DNA of 64,000 nt, from IMG/VR virus record IMGVR_UViG_3300032285_003899, positions 1 through 64,000 of that record; one strand, written 5' to 3'. The translations under genes were made by a program, and so were the position numbers. The notes under the pieces are model-generated. The model worked only from the letters and a program-made list of their open reading frames with translations, was not told where the DNA came from and made no database searches. Origin of the DNA: a virus. Its lineage: Duplodnaviria; Caudoviricetes. Position 1 is the first letter of the stretch. Each line of letters starts with the position of its first letter. This document shows positions 47,642 to 57,732 of this stretch, piece by piece.

Positions 47642-47816
47642 ACAAATCATAGAAGATTCTGCTGCATTTTTTAATAAAGAAGTTGACAAAATTATTTATA
47701 AAGTAACAAATGCAAAAAATGAAAAAGAAAGAACTAAATATTTGAAACAATTAATGGCACTAAAAAATAGGTTAACTCTTGAGGTGAAAATGATCGACGA
47801 GCTTGGAAATTTTTGA
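47628..47816 (+). CDS. hypothetical protein
   Basis: Coupled ORF. Confidence 0.5.
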   Translation: MLNHKQIIEDSAAFFNKEVDKIIYKVTNAKNEKERTKYLKQLMALKNRLTLEVKMIDELGNF

Positions 47817-47824
47817 AAAACCTC

Positions 47825-47852
47825 TTGACAACCTCGAAAAATCTGCTAAGGT
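47825..47852 (+). promoter_or_regulatory. sigma70-like promoter
   Basis: TTGACA-N16-TAAGGT with TGn. Confidence 0.6.
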
Positions 47853-47953
47853 GATCTCGCGTAAATAATTGCGAACATGAAAATTAAATTAAATGCTGTT
47901 GTTGTTGATAATGTTCACCTCGTTCGTTTTAGTTATACATCACAATAAAAAAT

Positions 47954-48280
47954 ATGAGTAATACTACAGATAAGCAATCAGAATGGAAGAACCGTGAAGT
48001 TGGTGCGCTTTGGAAGAAGGCCGCAGCCAATGGAAAGAGTTCTTATTGTACTGGATACATTGTTTCCGACGAGATTGGAAACAAGGTGAAGCAACGCGTA
48101 ATCATGTTCTCTAACAAGACAAAGAATAATGAGAAGTCTCCAGACTTTATTATTTATCTTTCGAATGAGCAAGAGAATGGAGATGCTGCTCCCGCACCAA
48201 AGGCCAAGGCTTCTGCTCCTCCCAAGCGAACGCCTCAACCAGCAAGTATTGACGCTGATGACGATGGCGTTCCAATGTAA
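47954..48280 (+). CDS. DUF736-like putative ssDNA-binding protein
   Basis: E.GALW, Y.TG, F.NK.K....PDF.I; flexible linker; acidic tail DADDDGVPM. Confidence 0.5.
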   Translation: MSNTTDKQSEWKNREVGALWKKAAANGKSSYCTGYIVSDEIGNKVKQRVIMFSNKTKNNEKSPDFIIYLSNEQENGDAAPAPKAKASAPPKRTPQPASIDADDDGVPM

Positions 48281-48288
48281 GTAAGCGA

Positions 48289-48314
48289 AGCCCCCAGAAA
48301 TGGGGGCTATTTTT
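48289..48314 (+). terminator. intrinsic terminator
   Basis: AGCCCCCA-GAAA-TGGGGGCT followed by ATTTTT. Confidence 0.82.
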
Positions 48315-48827
48315 ATGCCTTTAGTAGAAGATTACAAACTGTTTCATAACTCTTTAGATTTCGAAAAAATCTATAAAGAGTCTTTGATATCTTTGCAAAA
48401 AATTTATCCTGACATTGAAGAGTTTTATCGCAAATATACTGATATTTGCATTCGCAATAAAACTATAAAACTTCTATATAACGAAAAAGAAATTATTGGT
48501 TATGTTTTATTTTCTATTAAAGATAGAACCCTTAAGTTTCATTTCTATTATATAACTCCTAAAAACAAAAATAGAAAACATGGGCGTTTTTTTCGACAAC
48601 AAATTTTTGAACAATTAAAAGATAAAGTAGATATTTTACAAACCAGCATAAACAAAACAAATTTTCCAGCACTAAACGCTGCAAAAAAAAGCTGCAAACA
48701 TTTAAATTTAAATTTCAATTTGAAAGAAGTAAACAATCCTTTTTACGCTTACAATCAGTTCGTTTGCGAAATTCAAAAAACACCTCTTGACTTCGATGAT
48801 AATCGGTGCGATGATCAAACACCATGA
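48315..48827 (+). CDS. hypothetical protein, possibly GNAT-fold
   Basis: IIGYVLF, FYYITP...NRKHG, N.PA pattern. ATG 48315 preferred because the listed 48300 lies inside the terminator. Confidence 0.45.
   Translation: MPLVEDYKLFHNSLDFEKIYKESLISLQKIYPDIEEFYRKYTDICIRNKTIKLLYNEKEIIGYVLFSIKDRTLKFHFYYITPKNKNRKHGRFFRQQIFEQLKDKVDILQTSINKTNFPALNAAKKSCKHLNLNFNLKEVNNPFYAYNQFVCEIQKTPLDFDDNRCDDQTP
48787..48815 (+). promoter_or_regulatory. sigma70-like promoter
   Basis: TTGACT-N17-GATGAT with TGn, 8 nt before ATG 48824. Confidence 0.45.
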
Positions 48828-49768
48828 AACTTGGACTCGTTTGTATCTCTGAACTGTTGCGGGAAAAAAATCCTGAACTAGCTTTCAAGACCATGACTCG
48901 TACTCAGTTCCTTAAAAAGAATCGTGACGAATCTATCGCGGAGCTTTCTCGCCGCATTTCCCACAACCTTACAGTTACCATTGAAACTATCAAGCATTGC
49001 AAAGAAGTAGGCATCAAACATTATCGTTTGTCGTGCAAGCTGTTTCCTCTTGTTACCGATCCTACACTCAAGATTCAAGTAGAACTTCTTCCTTACTGGA
49101 ATGTTCTTGAACAGAAGTTGATGGAAATTGGTCGTGTAGCTCGCGAACTTAATATTAGCTTGTCTATTCATCCTGATCAGTTCGTCGTTCTCGCTTCTGA
49201 ATCAGATGATATTTGCACAAAATCTATTGCTGAACTTAATTTTCATGCGTTTATCCTTGATGTTCTCAAGATGCCGCAAACTCACGAATGTCCAATCAAC
49301 ATTCATCCAAATCTTTCCAACTTCGAATCTCCAGAAAAGTTTGTAACTAAGTTTATGCGTAACTTTTTCAGATGCGATGTGGGTGTTCGCAATCGTCTAG
49401 TTGTTGAGAATGAAGACAAGGGATTCTGGAATTGTAGCAATCTTTATGAATATTTTCACAATTTCATGAGACAGGCTTATAATTTCCATCTGCCTCTTAC
49501 TTACGACAATCTTCATGATACTGCTAACCCTAGCACTCTACCTAATGGCAGTGTTATTCCTTTTGAAAGGAATTTCATGAAGTTCTTTCAGACTTGGGAT
49601 GTTCCTCCTGTATTCCATTGGTCTGAAGCAGAAAAAGACACAAAGCGTAATCACGCTAAGAATTTGACTGTTCCTCCTCCTGACATGGGTCTTGATGTTA
49701 CTTGGGAGATCGAAGTCAAAGGCAAAGACAAAGCTTTCGTTCATTTTATCAAGCGTTTTCCTAATTGA
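48824..49768 (+). CDS. uvsE: UV-damage endonuclease
   Basis: LGLVC, YRLS..LFP, S.HPDQF.VL, RLVVENED, DNLH, FHWS, EIEVKGKD. Confidence 0.9.
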   Translation: MKLGLVCISELLREKNPELAFKTMTRTQFLKKNRDESIAELSRRISHNLTVTIETIKHCKEVGIKHYRLSCKLFPLVTDPTLKIQVELLPYWNVLEQKLMEIGRVARELNISLSIHPDQFVVLASESDDICTKSIAELNFHAFILDVLKMPQTHECPINIHPNLSNFESPEKFVTKFMRNFFRCDVGVRNRLVVENEDKGFWNCSNLYEYFHNFMRQAYNFHLPLTYDNLHDTANPSTLPNGSVIPFERNFMKFFQTWDVPPVFHWSEAEKDTKRNHAKNLTVPPPDMGLDVTWEIEVKGKDKAFVHFIKRFPN

Positions 49769-49798
49769 AAAGTTATGAGCTTTATGTATTATTTATAC

Positions 49799-49972
49799 AT
49801 GAAGCAAGTTACTATTAATATTGGGGATGAAGATATCAAGGATCTAAAGGAAATTTTTAAGAACGAGGCTGATTTCAAACCTCAAGTTCGACAAGATATG
49901 TTAATTGTTGAAATTCTTCGACAAGTTCTTAATAATCCTAAGACCGAGATTACTTCAGAAATCGACGTATGA
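49799..49972 (+). CDS. hypothetical protein
   Basis: ORF; start uncertain (49775-49799). Confidence 0.5.
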   Translation: MKQVTINIGDEDIKDLKEIFKNEADFKPQVRQDMLIVEILRQVLNNPKTEITSEIDV

Positions 49973-50268
49973 AATTCATTCTCAATATAGAAGGTTCAAA
50001 TACTGGTGGTAAATTCCTAGAGAGTTACGCTGGACAAGAAGTTGATATTAATTCTTTGTATAAAGATATTGATATTAATTCGCCACCACTTGCTATATTG
50101 AAGACTTCAGATAATAAACAGCATAGTATACAATTGATCGATATAAGATTTATTGATCAAAATATTTTTATACAATGCTTTGTTATTCAACATGATGAAA
50201 AACATGGCGGCAAAGCGTTATTGCGCTTGAGTCCTTGCGTAGATCTTGTAAAGATAGTTAATCCGTAA
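49969..50268 (+). CDS. hypothetical protein
   Basis: Coupled ORF. Confidence 0.55.
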   Translation: MKFILNIEGSNTGGKFLESYAGQEVDINSLYKDIDINSPPLAILKTSDNKQHSIQLIDIRFIDQNIFIQCFVIQHDEKHGGKALLRLSPCVDLVKIVNP

Positions 50269-50276
50269 AGCTTTCT

Positions 50277-51015
<739 letters not shown>

Positions 51016-51063
51016 TTATTATACATTAGAAAATAAAAATTCAACTCTTTGGTACTTATCTTT

Positions 51064-51348
51064 ATGACTCATAAATTTGCAATCGTTGTAGATAGAAACT
51101 TTTACGACAAAGTTCAAAACAACAATGATTTCTATTTACGAGTTTTAGTGTTAGATGTAATACGCGCATTATCAGACGAAAGCGAAGCTGTAGAAAAATA
51201 CAGCACAGAAATATTCTACAAATGCGCTAAAAGCATATCAAGTGAAGTAAGAATGTTTGAAGATGAAATGTCATATATATTTTATCTTGAATTGAGTAGT
51301 GGATACCTCGAAAATTTTTTTGAAGAACCCCTTGACGATTTGGAATAA
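51064..51348 (+). CDS. hypothetical protein
   Basis: ORF; ATG 51064. Confidence 0.5.
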   Translation: MTHKFAIVVDRNFYDKVQNNNDFYLRVLVLDVIRALSDESEAVEKYSTEIFYKCAKSISSEVRMFEDEMSYIFYLELSSGYLENFFEEPLDDLE

Positions 51349-51359
51349 CCTGCCATAAT
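51332..51359 (+). promoter_or_regulatory. sigma70-like promoter
   Basis: TTGACG-N16-CATAAT with TGn, 9 nt before ATG 51369. Confidence 0.65.
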
Positions 51360-51368
51360 CACCCCCGC

Positions 51369-53576
51369 ATGAAGATACTTGTTGCTGATCGGGTCGTTGC
51401 GACTTCGCACGATTTTCCCACTGTAAACTGCACGATTGACGCTGAAGACATGAGGTACATTTCCTCGCTTCTGCGAAACAATTATTCAAACACGATTCTC
51501 GCGACCATTCGTGAAACTTATGCCAACGCTGTCGATGCGAACTTGGAGAACGATTTTCCCGTCCAAGCTATTGACATTAAATCGCCAACTACTTTTGATC
51601 AGACTTTTTTTGTTCGCGATTACGGAACTGGTTTGAGTCGCGATCAGATTTTTAATCTGTATAGTAAGTTTGGCAAGTCTACCAAGCGTGGTTCTGATCT
51701 TTCAATCGGCGGCTTTGGTATTGGTCGATTTGCTCCGCTTTCTTATAAAGATAGTTTTACCATTACTTCTTATCACGGAGGTATCAAGTCTATTTATAGC
51801 GTTTATATCTCAGAAGACAACGATACTAAGATCGATGAAATTTTTTCTGAAGTCACGTTAGAAGCTAACGGTATCTGCATTTCTGTAGGTGTTTCGAGCG
51901 GCGATATCAACAAGTTCAATCAGGAAATCGCTTCATTTTTTAGTAATTTTGAGATTCAGCCTCACTTCTTGAATTTGCAAGTTGAAATTGCAAAGCCTGA
52001 AATTACTGCTTCTGGTACTAACTGGCAGATTCGTAAATCTAATAATCATTTTTATAATCAGTATTCAGTTGGTGAGCAAGGTATTGTGATGGGTGGTATT
52101 TATTATCCTATCAATCCTGAACTTGTTGATTTTAAGCTTGGTGAAGATTATGCATGGGCTAAATTTCTTAATAAGCTTGTTTTTATTGCTGATATTGGAT
52201 CTGTTTCGCTGCATCACTCACGCGAGTCGCTTGAGTACAATAAGACTACTAAAGCTTATTTGAAGTCTCGGTATCAGTCTTTCTGTAACGAGTTCGTTGC
52301 TTCAATTAAAGATAAGATCGCGCAATTTAATTGTTTGCGTGAAGTCATGGCTTATTATAAACAAGTCAAAGATACGTTTCCGAGATCTGCTTTCGATCAA
52401 CTTGAAGAACAAAATGTTTTTGTATATCAAGGATATAAAGTTCAGAATCATACTTTTAATCGTAGTCATTACGAATCCAATGGAGAAAACAAAAGGATTC
52501 CTGTTTATGCTAAATTGTATTCCCTTGGCAGCAACAATCGCGTAAGCATCAGCAAGTGTTATACGCTTGCTAATAGTCCTGATGTTTATATCGTATTCAA
52601 TGATATGCCTGACAATACGAAGATTGTTCCTCGTATTTATAGTTTACTCTCTAATAATAAAGCTAAAGAAGTAGTTGTTGTTTCGCACGACAATGCAATC
52701 ACTAGCTCAACTATTGTAAATGGCGTTGATAAGTTCAAAGAAGTTAATCGATTTGATCTTATTAAGTCCGGTTATTGTAACTTGAGCGAGCTTGCTCCAG
52801 TCAAACTTCCTTCTACCAAGAAAAGCTCTACATCAGTCGCTCTTCCTGCTAATAGTTTTTATTCTGTTGGTGGAGGTAAAATTGGTACGTTTATTAATCA
52901 AACTGTATTGAATGATAATAATATTGTTAAGCTTTTCTTGCCCGTCTCAGATCGAAAGGCAGTTGGATATTATGAATGTTTGAATCATCGTGAGAAAGGT
53001 TATTTAAATAATCGACTTCTTGAGTCTTTTCAAACTAAATTTGAGATGTCAATTTTCGGCGTTTCTAATAACATTGCCACTAGCAAAAAGTTTGAGTCGC
53101 GCACTGATTTTATTGATTTCCGCATTTATTTTCAGGACAAATGGAATAATTTGTCTGATGAAGTAAAAGGTTTGATGTTTGAATATGTTTCTTGCGTGAA
53201 CTCAGAATATTATAAAATCACAAACTTTCCTAAGATACTGCAAAATGTAGATATCTATCAAGAGTTTTGCGCTAAAAGAAATGATATCAGTCAAAAGCTA
53301 ACTAATCTTAATGAAATAGTTTTTGCGGATTTTCTATTTAATTGGTGGCAGACTTTGGACGCTTTGAAGATTCATATCTCTTTCAATAATAAAAATTTGC
53401 AAGATGTTGTGGGAGTTTATTTAAAATCTGTCGAAGATTCCATCTACAATGACTATCCCATGCTTAAACTGCATGGAAAACTTCATGGTTATGGAAACGG
53501 TGAAAACGATGAAGATTTCAAGTCGTACATCGACCTCGTAAATTCCAAGAAATCGGTTGACATTTCCAAAATTTGA
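51369..53576 (+). CDS. rIIA: rIIA-like protein (N-terminal GHKL ATPase)
   Basis: LY/NY..ILA.IRE..ANA.DA, VRDYGTGLS, Y..FG.STK, IGGFGIG; followed by an rIIB-like gene. Confidence 0.85.
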   Translation: MKILVADRVVATSHDFPTVNCTIDAEDMRYISSLLRNNYSNTILATIRETYANAVDANLENDFPVQAIDIKSPTTFDQTFFVRDYGTGLSRDQIFNLYSKFGKSTKRGSDLSIGGFGIGRFAPLSYKDSFTITSYHGGIKSIYSVYISEDNDTKIDEIFSEVTLEANGICISVGVSSGDINKFNQEIASFFSNFEIQPHFLNLQVEIAKPEITASGTNWQIRKSNNHFYNQYSVGEQGIVMGGIYYPINPELVDFKLGEDYAWAKFLNKLVFIADIGSVSLHHSRESLEYNKTTKAYLKSRYQSFCNEFVASIKDKIAQFNCLREVMAYYKQVKDTFPRSAFDQLEEQNVFVYQGYKVQNHTFNRSHYESNGENKRIPVYAKLYSLGSNNRVSISKCYTLANSPDVYIVFNDMPDNTKIVPRIYSLLSNNKAKEVVVVSHDNAITSSTIVNGVDKFKEVNRFDLIKSGYCNLSELAPVKLPSTKKSSTSVALPANSFYSVGGGKIGTFINQTVLNDNNIVKLFLPVSDRKAVGYYECLNHREKGYLNNRLLESFQTKFEMSIFGVSNNIATSKKFESRTDFIDFRIYFQDKWNNLSDEVKGLMFEYVSCVNSEYYKITNFPKILQNVDIYQEFCAKRNDISQKLTNLNEIVFADFLFNWWQTLDALKIHISFNNKNLQDVVGVYLKSVEDSIYNDYPMLKLHGKLHGYGNGENDEDFKSYIDLVNSKKSVDISKI

Positions 53577-53584
53577 GTTAGCAT
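53557..53584 (+). promoter_or_regulatory. sigma70-like promoter
   Basis: TTGACA-N16-TAGCAT upstream of rIIB. Confidence 0.55.
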
Positions 53585-53599
53585 AGTCGAAGAATAAAG

Positions 53600-53605
53600 G
53601 TGTAA
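53600..53605 (+). promoter_or_regulatory. GTGTAA motif (putative late promoter)
   Basis: 14 nt upstream of ATG 53614. Confidence 0.55.
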
Positions 53606-53613
53606 AAAATATT

Positions 53614-54732
53614 ATGAGCAAGCCAGCATATATTGTCACTAGCAATGCAATCACGGTTATTTGGGAAGGTAAGCCATACACGGTTAATACCGACAATCCC
53701 AATTATACTGGACTTAAGAATGCCCTAATCAATGCAGAATACGATACTATTCCTCGTTTTCTGGATATTAAGAAGCAGATCGAAAACTTCTCTCATGGCA
53801 GCATCAAGGTTGTTTCTGAGAAGGTCTATTATGGTAACCATGAGTTGAAGGGTTTTGTAATTGATAAGCTGCTTGAGTTTTTGCGCTCAGGAGCCAAGGA
53901 CGCTCAACCTATTCTCAATTTTATTGAGAAGCTTATGTTCAATCCTAGCAAGAACAGTGTTGATCAGTTGTACACTTTTCTTTCTTATAAGACTTTGCCA
54001 TTGACTGAGACTGGCAATGTTATTGGATATAAAGGCGTTGATGCTGATTATTATTCAAAGCATGGCAATATTAATACTATTGTCATCACTGGTACTGTAA
54101 ATAAGAATGGTTGCATTCTTAATAAGGTTGGCGAAACTATTGAAGTTGCTCGCAACAGCGTTGATGATAACAAGGATAATCATTGTTCTCATGGCTTGCA
54201 CATTGGCAGCTATGATTATGCAAAGGATTGGGCTGGTAACAACGGTCATCTGATGATGGTTGAGTTTGATCCTTCAAATGCAGTTAGCGTTCCTACTGAT
54301 TGTAATTTTCAGAAGCTTCGTGTTTCTAAATACAAGGTCATTGGAGAAGTTCCTTTCGAGCGTGTTAAGGAAACTGAAGCTCCGCTCAATGAGCCTTATT
54401 ACAACACTGATGAAGAAATCAGCGTTGATGATGACGATGATGACGATGATGATTGCGACGACGATTGTGGTTGCAATATCAATGAAGGCTATGAATATAG
54501 TGATGCTACTATTCTTGCCATTAAGAATTACGTTGAGGGTCGCGTTGAAGGTGGAACACCTGCTACCCTCAAGTCCATTCAGTCCCGCCTAAAGGGAACG
54601 CATATCACTTGTCAAGAAATCAAGGATATTTGTTTGGATCTAGGATTTACCGTTCATGAAGACGACAACATTGCTTTGTCTAATAGTCTTGTAACTATTG
54701 TGACAATCAGTGAAAAGTCTGACGATCAGTAA
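53614..54732 (+). CDS. rIIB: rIIB-like protein
   Basis: L.NF...L..NPS...V.QLY.FL, GYKGV, R..VDDN....CS.GLH.G...YA, V.VP.D....K.RV..Y.V. Confidence 0.85.
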   Translation: MSKPAYIVTSNAITVIWEGKPYTVNTDNPNYTGLKNALINAEYDTIPRFLDIKKQIENFSHGSIKVVSEKVYYGNHELKGFVIDKLLEFLRSGAKDAQPILNFIEKLMFNPSKNSVDQLYTFLSYKTLPLTETGNVIGYKGVDADYYSKHGNINTIVITGTVNKNGCILNKVGETIEVARNSVDDNKDNHCSHGLHIGSYDYAKDWAGNNGHLMMVEFDPSNAVSVPTDCNFQKLRVSKYKVIGEVPFERVKETEAPLNEPYYNTDEEISVDDDDDDDDDCDDDCGCNINEGYEYSDATILAIKNYVEGRVEGGTPATLKSIQSRLKGTHITCQEIKDICLDLGFTVHEDDNIALSNSLVTIVTISEKSDDQ

Positions 54733-54742
54733 TATTAATAAT

Positions 54743-55003
54743 ATGAGTGAAACAGCTACAGTTACAGAGCCAGTTGTCTTGTTAAATGCCATCACAAAGG
54801 CAACTCCAGAACAAGTTGACACATTGTGGTCAATTCTAAAGTATAAGGAGATTGGTATTTACCGAAAGATTAAGTGCATGAGTTCCGTTCTTGGACTTAA
54901 TTTTGATAAGGTTGTCACTGATCTTCCGAAGGATGAGACAGGTCGAATTCTTGATCACAAGACTCGCCATCTGATTCACGACATTCTAATTAAGAATTCC
55001 TAA
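54743..55003 (+). CDS. hypothetical protein
   Basis: ATG 54743 preferred. Confidence 0.55.
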   Translation: MSETATVTEPVVLLNAITKATPEQVDTLWSILKYKEIGIYRKIKCMSSVLGLNFDKVVTDLPKDETGRILDHKTRHLIHDILIKNS

Positions 55004-55004
55004 A

Positions 55005-55202
55005 ATGAATAAACGATATATCGTTAGAGACAAGGACGGTGCGTATCAGTCAGCTTATAATCTTGCGCTAGGAAAGAAGCAAGCGTATGATTGGGCTATG
55101 CAATGCGCTAAATCTGTAAATGGTGTTATCTACTATGTGGAGGGTGACGCTAATAAGGAACAAGAAGTGTTCCGCGCTCCTGATAATTACCGTCGAAATT
55201 AA
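55005..55202 (+). CDS. hypothetical protein
   Basis: ORF. Confidence 0.55.
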   Translation: MNKRYIVRDKDGAYQSAYNLALGKKQAYDWAMQCAKSVNGVIYYVEGDANKEQEVFRAPDNYRRN

Positions 55203-55214
55203 AAAAACAAGGTT

Positions 55215-55244
55215 TGCGGTCATCCTTAAAACCGCACTTTTTTT
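55215..55244 (+). terminator. possible intrinsic terminator
   Basis: TGCGGT-N10-ACCGCA followed by a T tract. Confidence 0.5.
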
Positions 55245-55249
55245 ATTTT

Positions 55250-55456
55250 ATGGCACATTTTGTAAAATTGCATCAACTAGATTTGCATCACGATAATAGT
55301 ATGGCCTATACGCCAATCCTTTTTAATATGGACACTGTTGTAAGCATTGAACCGAGTCCAAGTAAAAAGCATAGTATAATCATTACTCGCTGGAATAATA
55401 ACGGCATCAGAGTAAAAGAAACTCTTGATGATATTTTTAAATTAGCAAATCAATGA
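55250..55456 (+). CDS. small FlbD-like hypothetical protein
   Basis: FN.D.V.SIEP...I...I.VKET.D.I; ATG 55250 preferred. Confidence 0.45.
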   Translation: MAHFVKLHQLDLHHDNSMAYTPILFNMDTVVSIEPSPSKKHSIIITRWNNNGIRVKETLDDIFKLANQ

Positions 55457-55596
55457 ACTGCGATTACTGCGGCAAAAAGACCGCATTTTTAGAAGACTTG
55501 GAATATTGTTCTGTTTGCGTAGATTGTCTTGGAGAAATAGAAGAACAAGATGATAACCCTTTCGATTTAAACAAAAAAGATAATTACAATGACTGA
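55453..55596 (+). CDS. small zinc-finger protein, 47 aa (not in the ORF track)
   Basis: MNCDYCGKKTAFLEDLEYCSVCVDCLGEIEEQDDNPFDLNKKDNYND; overlaps neighbours at both ends. Confidence 0.55.
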   Translation: MNCDYCGKKTAFLEDLEYCSVCVDCLGEIEEQDDNPFDLNKKDNYND

Positions 55597-55960
55597 TAAA
55601 AACACTAAAAAACTTGTAGAACGTTTTCCAAAGATTTTTGGCAAAAGTTTTAATTTTGAGTGTGATGATGGATGGTTCGATATTATTTTCGATCTATGCC
55701 GAGATATGCAACAAGAAGTAAATAATTCTGGTTGTGAACAAGTAGTCGCCGCACAAGTAAAAGAAAAGTTCGCAGGACTTCGTTTTTATTCAAGTGGCGG
55801 AAATGAAGTTACCCGCGCTATGATTGAAAAGTATTCAAAACTTTCTTCTCAGACTTGTGAAGTGACTGGTGGAAAAGGTTCTATATACGAAAAGAATGGG
55901 TGGTATAAAACGCTGTCTACTCAATCCGCCATTCTTCTTGGATTCAAAAAATGTAAATAA
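55589..55960 (+). CDS. conserved hypothetical phage protein
   Basis: FEC.DGWF.II..L, QVKEKF.GLRFY, TCE.TG. Confidence 0.7.
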   Translation: MTDKNTKKLVERFPKIFGKSFNFECDDGWFDIIFDLCRDMQQEVNNSGCEQVVAAQVKEKFAGLRFYSSGGNEVTRAMIEKYSKLSSQTCEVTGGKGSIYEKNGWYKTLSTQSAILLGFKKCK

Positions 55961-55965
55961 AAAAT

Positions 55966-55991
55966 AAACCCTCCGTAATTGGAGGGTTTTT
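55966..55991 (+). terminator. intrinsic terminator
   Basis: AAACCCTCC-GTAATT-GGAGGGTTT plus Ts. Confidence 0.8.
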
Positions 55992-55992
55992 C

Positions 55993-56021
55993 TTGACCTG
56001 ATGCCTTCTATGCGGTAAGTT
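55993..56021 (+). promoter_or_regulatory. sigma70-like promoter
   Basis: TTGACC-N17-TAAGTT upstream of the methyltransferase. Confidence 0.45.
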
Positions 56022-56036
56022 GGTTTCCGAAACGAT

Positions 56037-56708
56037 ATGAAATTACTTGATTTATTTTGTTGCGCTGGCGGTGCAAGCATGGGCTATCATCGTGCGGGAT
56101 TTGAAGTGACTGGAGTAGATATCAAAGATCAACCTAGTTATCCTTTTAAATTCATCAAGGGCGATGTCATTGAAATCTTGAAAGATAAAGATTTTCTTAA
56201 TTCATTTGATGTTATTCATGCATCACCTCCTTGTCAGGGATACAGCAAAGCTACAAAGCCTGATTCAATTTACGTTCATTATTCTCAAGGCAAAGATACG
56301 CCGAAATTAATTGAACCAGTTCGCAATGCATTAATTAAGACTGGTAAATATTACATTATTGAAAATGTTGCCGGTGCAAAAGAATATCTTATAGAACCGT
56401 TTAGATTAACTGGTTATATGTTTGGTATGCCAATCGAACGAGCTAGATATTTTGAATGCAACTTTCCAGTTGCGCCTTTAAAAAACATTACTAAACGTGG
56501 ATATTCTAAAAAATATGCCGAAGAAAATGGCATTGATTATCGCGATATGAGTGTCACTGGCAAGAGTCGCCGTAAAGGTTCAATCGATGTTTGGCGCAAG
56601 GTTATGGATATGCATTGGCCTAAACGAGGATGGGAGTTGACAGAAGCCATTCCTCCCGCCTATACTAAATATATTGGCGAACAACTTTTAAAGTATGAAA
56701 ATAAATGA
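56037..56708 (+). CDS. DNA cytosine-5 methyltransferase
   Basis: LLDLFCCAGG (motif I), ASPPCQ (catalytic PC), IENV. Confidence 0.88.
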   Translation: MKLLDLFCCAGGASMGYHRAGFEVTGVDIKDQPSYPFKFIKGDVIEILKDKDFLNSFDVIHASPPCQGYSKATKPDSIYVHYSQGKDTPKLIEPVRNALIKTGKYYIIENVAGAKEYLIEPFRLTGYMFGMPIERARYFECNFPVAPLKNITKRGYSKKYAEENGIDYRDMSVTGKSRRKGSIDVWRKVMDMHWPKRGWELTEAIPPAYTKYIGEQLLKYENK

Positions 56709-57234
56709 ATTACCATCGATAGAATATTTGAATGAATGTTTTATCATAGATCCTTCAAGCCCTTCTTATTTGAGATGGAAAAAAGAAAGACCTAGATCAC
56801 ATTTTAAATCTGAAAACATTTATAAAACTTGGAATCCACAATTTGCTGGCAAAGTCGCTGGAAATAAAGATAGGTATTACAAAGTAGAAATTAATAATCA
56901 AAAATTTAGGGTTCACAACATAATATTTGCAATACATAATAATACAACACAGTTCAACGACAAGATTATTGATCATATAGATGGAAATAAATATAATAAT
57001 AATCCCGATAATTTAAGGCTTGTGACTTTTTCAGAAAATCTACAAAATCGAAAAAACAAAGCACAAAGCAAAAGCGGTTTTTCAAATATTTATAAGAAAA
57101 ATAAAAAATTTTACTGTATGTTTAGAATAAATAATAAAAAATATTATTTAGGAACATTTGATTCTGTAGAAGAAGCTGTAAAACAAAGAGACCTAAAAGG
57201 AAAAAGTTTAAGCGAAAACTTTTCAAGAGTATGA
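56695..57234 (+). CDS. HNH homing endonuclease with AP2-like C-terminal domain
   Basis: RVHNII, IDHIDGNKYNN..NLRLVT..EN; KYYLGTFDS.EEA...RD. Confidence 0.85.
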   Translation: MKINELPSIEYLNECFIIDPSSPSYLRWKKERPRSHFKSENIYKTWNPQFAGKVAGNKDRYYKVEINNQKFRVHNIIFAIHNNTTQFNDKIIDHIDGNKYNNNPDNLRLVTFSENLQNRKNKAQSKSGFSNIYKKNKKFYCMFRINNKKYYLGTFDSVEEAVKQRDLKGKSLSENFSRV

Positions 57235-57452
57235 AAGCTATATTAGAATTTAATTTGCCCGAAGATCAAAAACGATTTGAAATGGCGAACCAAGCTTTAG
57301 ATATGTTTTCTGCAATTTGTCATTTTGAAGATAGACTGCGAAGTTATCATAAATTTGGACATGATTTCAAAACAGCAGATGAAGCTATTGAAGCTATCCG
57401 CACTCTTCTATATGAAGAAATTAACATTCGACGCATAAATATTCATGACTAA
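57231..57452 (+). CDS. hypothetical protein
   Basis: MKA.LEFNLPED common small phage ORF. Confidence 0.6.
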   Translation: MKAILEFNLPEDQKRFEMANQALDMFSAICHFEDRLRSYHKFGHDFKTADEAIEAIRTLLYEEINIRRINIHD

Positions 57453-57732
57453 TGATATACAAAAAGATATAGTTAAGCTTACCGAAGAATGGTATGAGCT
57501 TATCAGTGGCAATCATCATAAAGACCGTGATTGTCATTGGTATATAGAAACTCGTTGGTCTTATGGTGAGCAACCAGAATATAGAGTCTTTCATAATGGT
57601 TATGTTACTGATGATATAGAAATATCTTGCGATTCTTATGAAACAGCATTGACAGAGTTGCGAACTATTCTTAAACGAGCTATCGAAAGAGAAAAAGAAT
57701 TAGAAAAACTACCAAAGCACAATGGTTGGTAA
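57445..57732 (+). CDS. hypothetical protein
   Basis: Coupled ORF. Confidence 0.6.
   Translation: MTNDIQKDIVKLTEEWYELISGNHHKDRDCHWYIETRWSYGEQPEYRVFHNGYVTDDIEISCDSYETALTELRTILKRAIEREKELEKLPKHNGW

Noticed and set aside
47853-47950. Possible ncRNA or 23-aa leader peptide (MKIKLNAVVVDNVHLVRFSYTSQ) after the promoter at 47825
   Set aside because: Only a weak 4-5 bp stem and no recognisable motif; cannot be supported without expression data.
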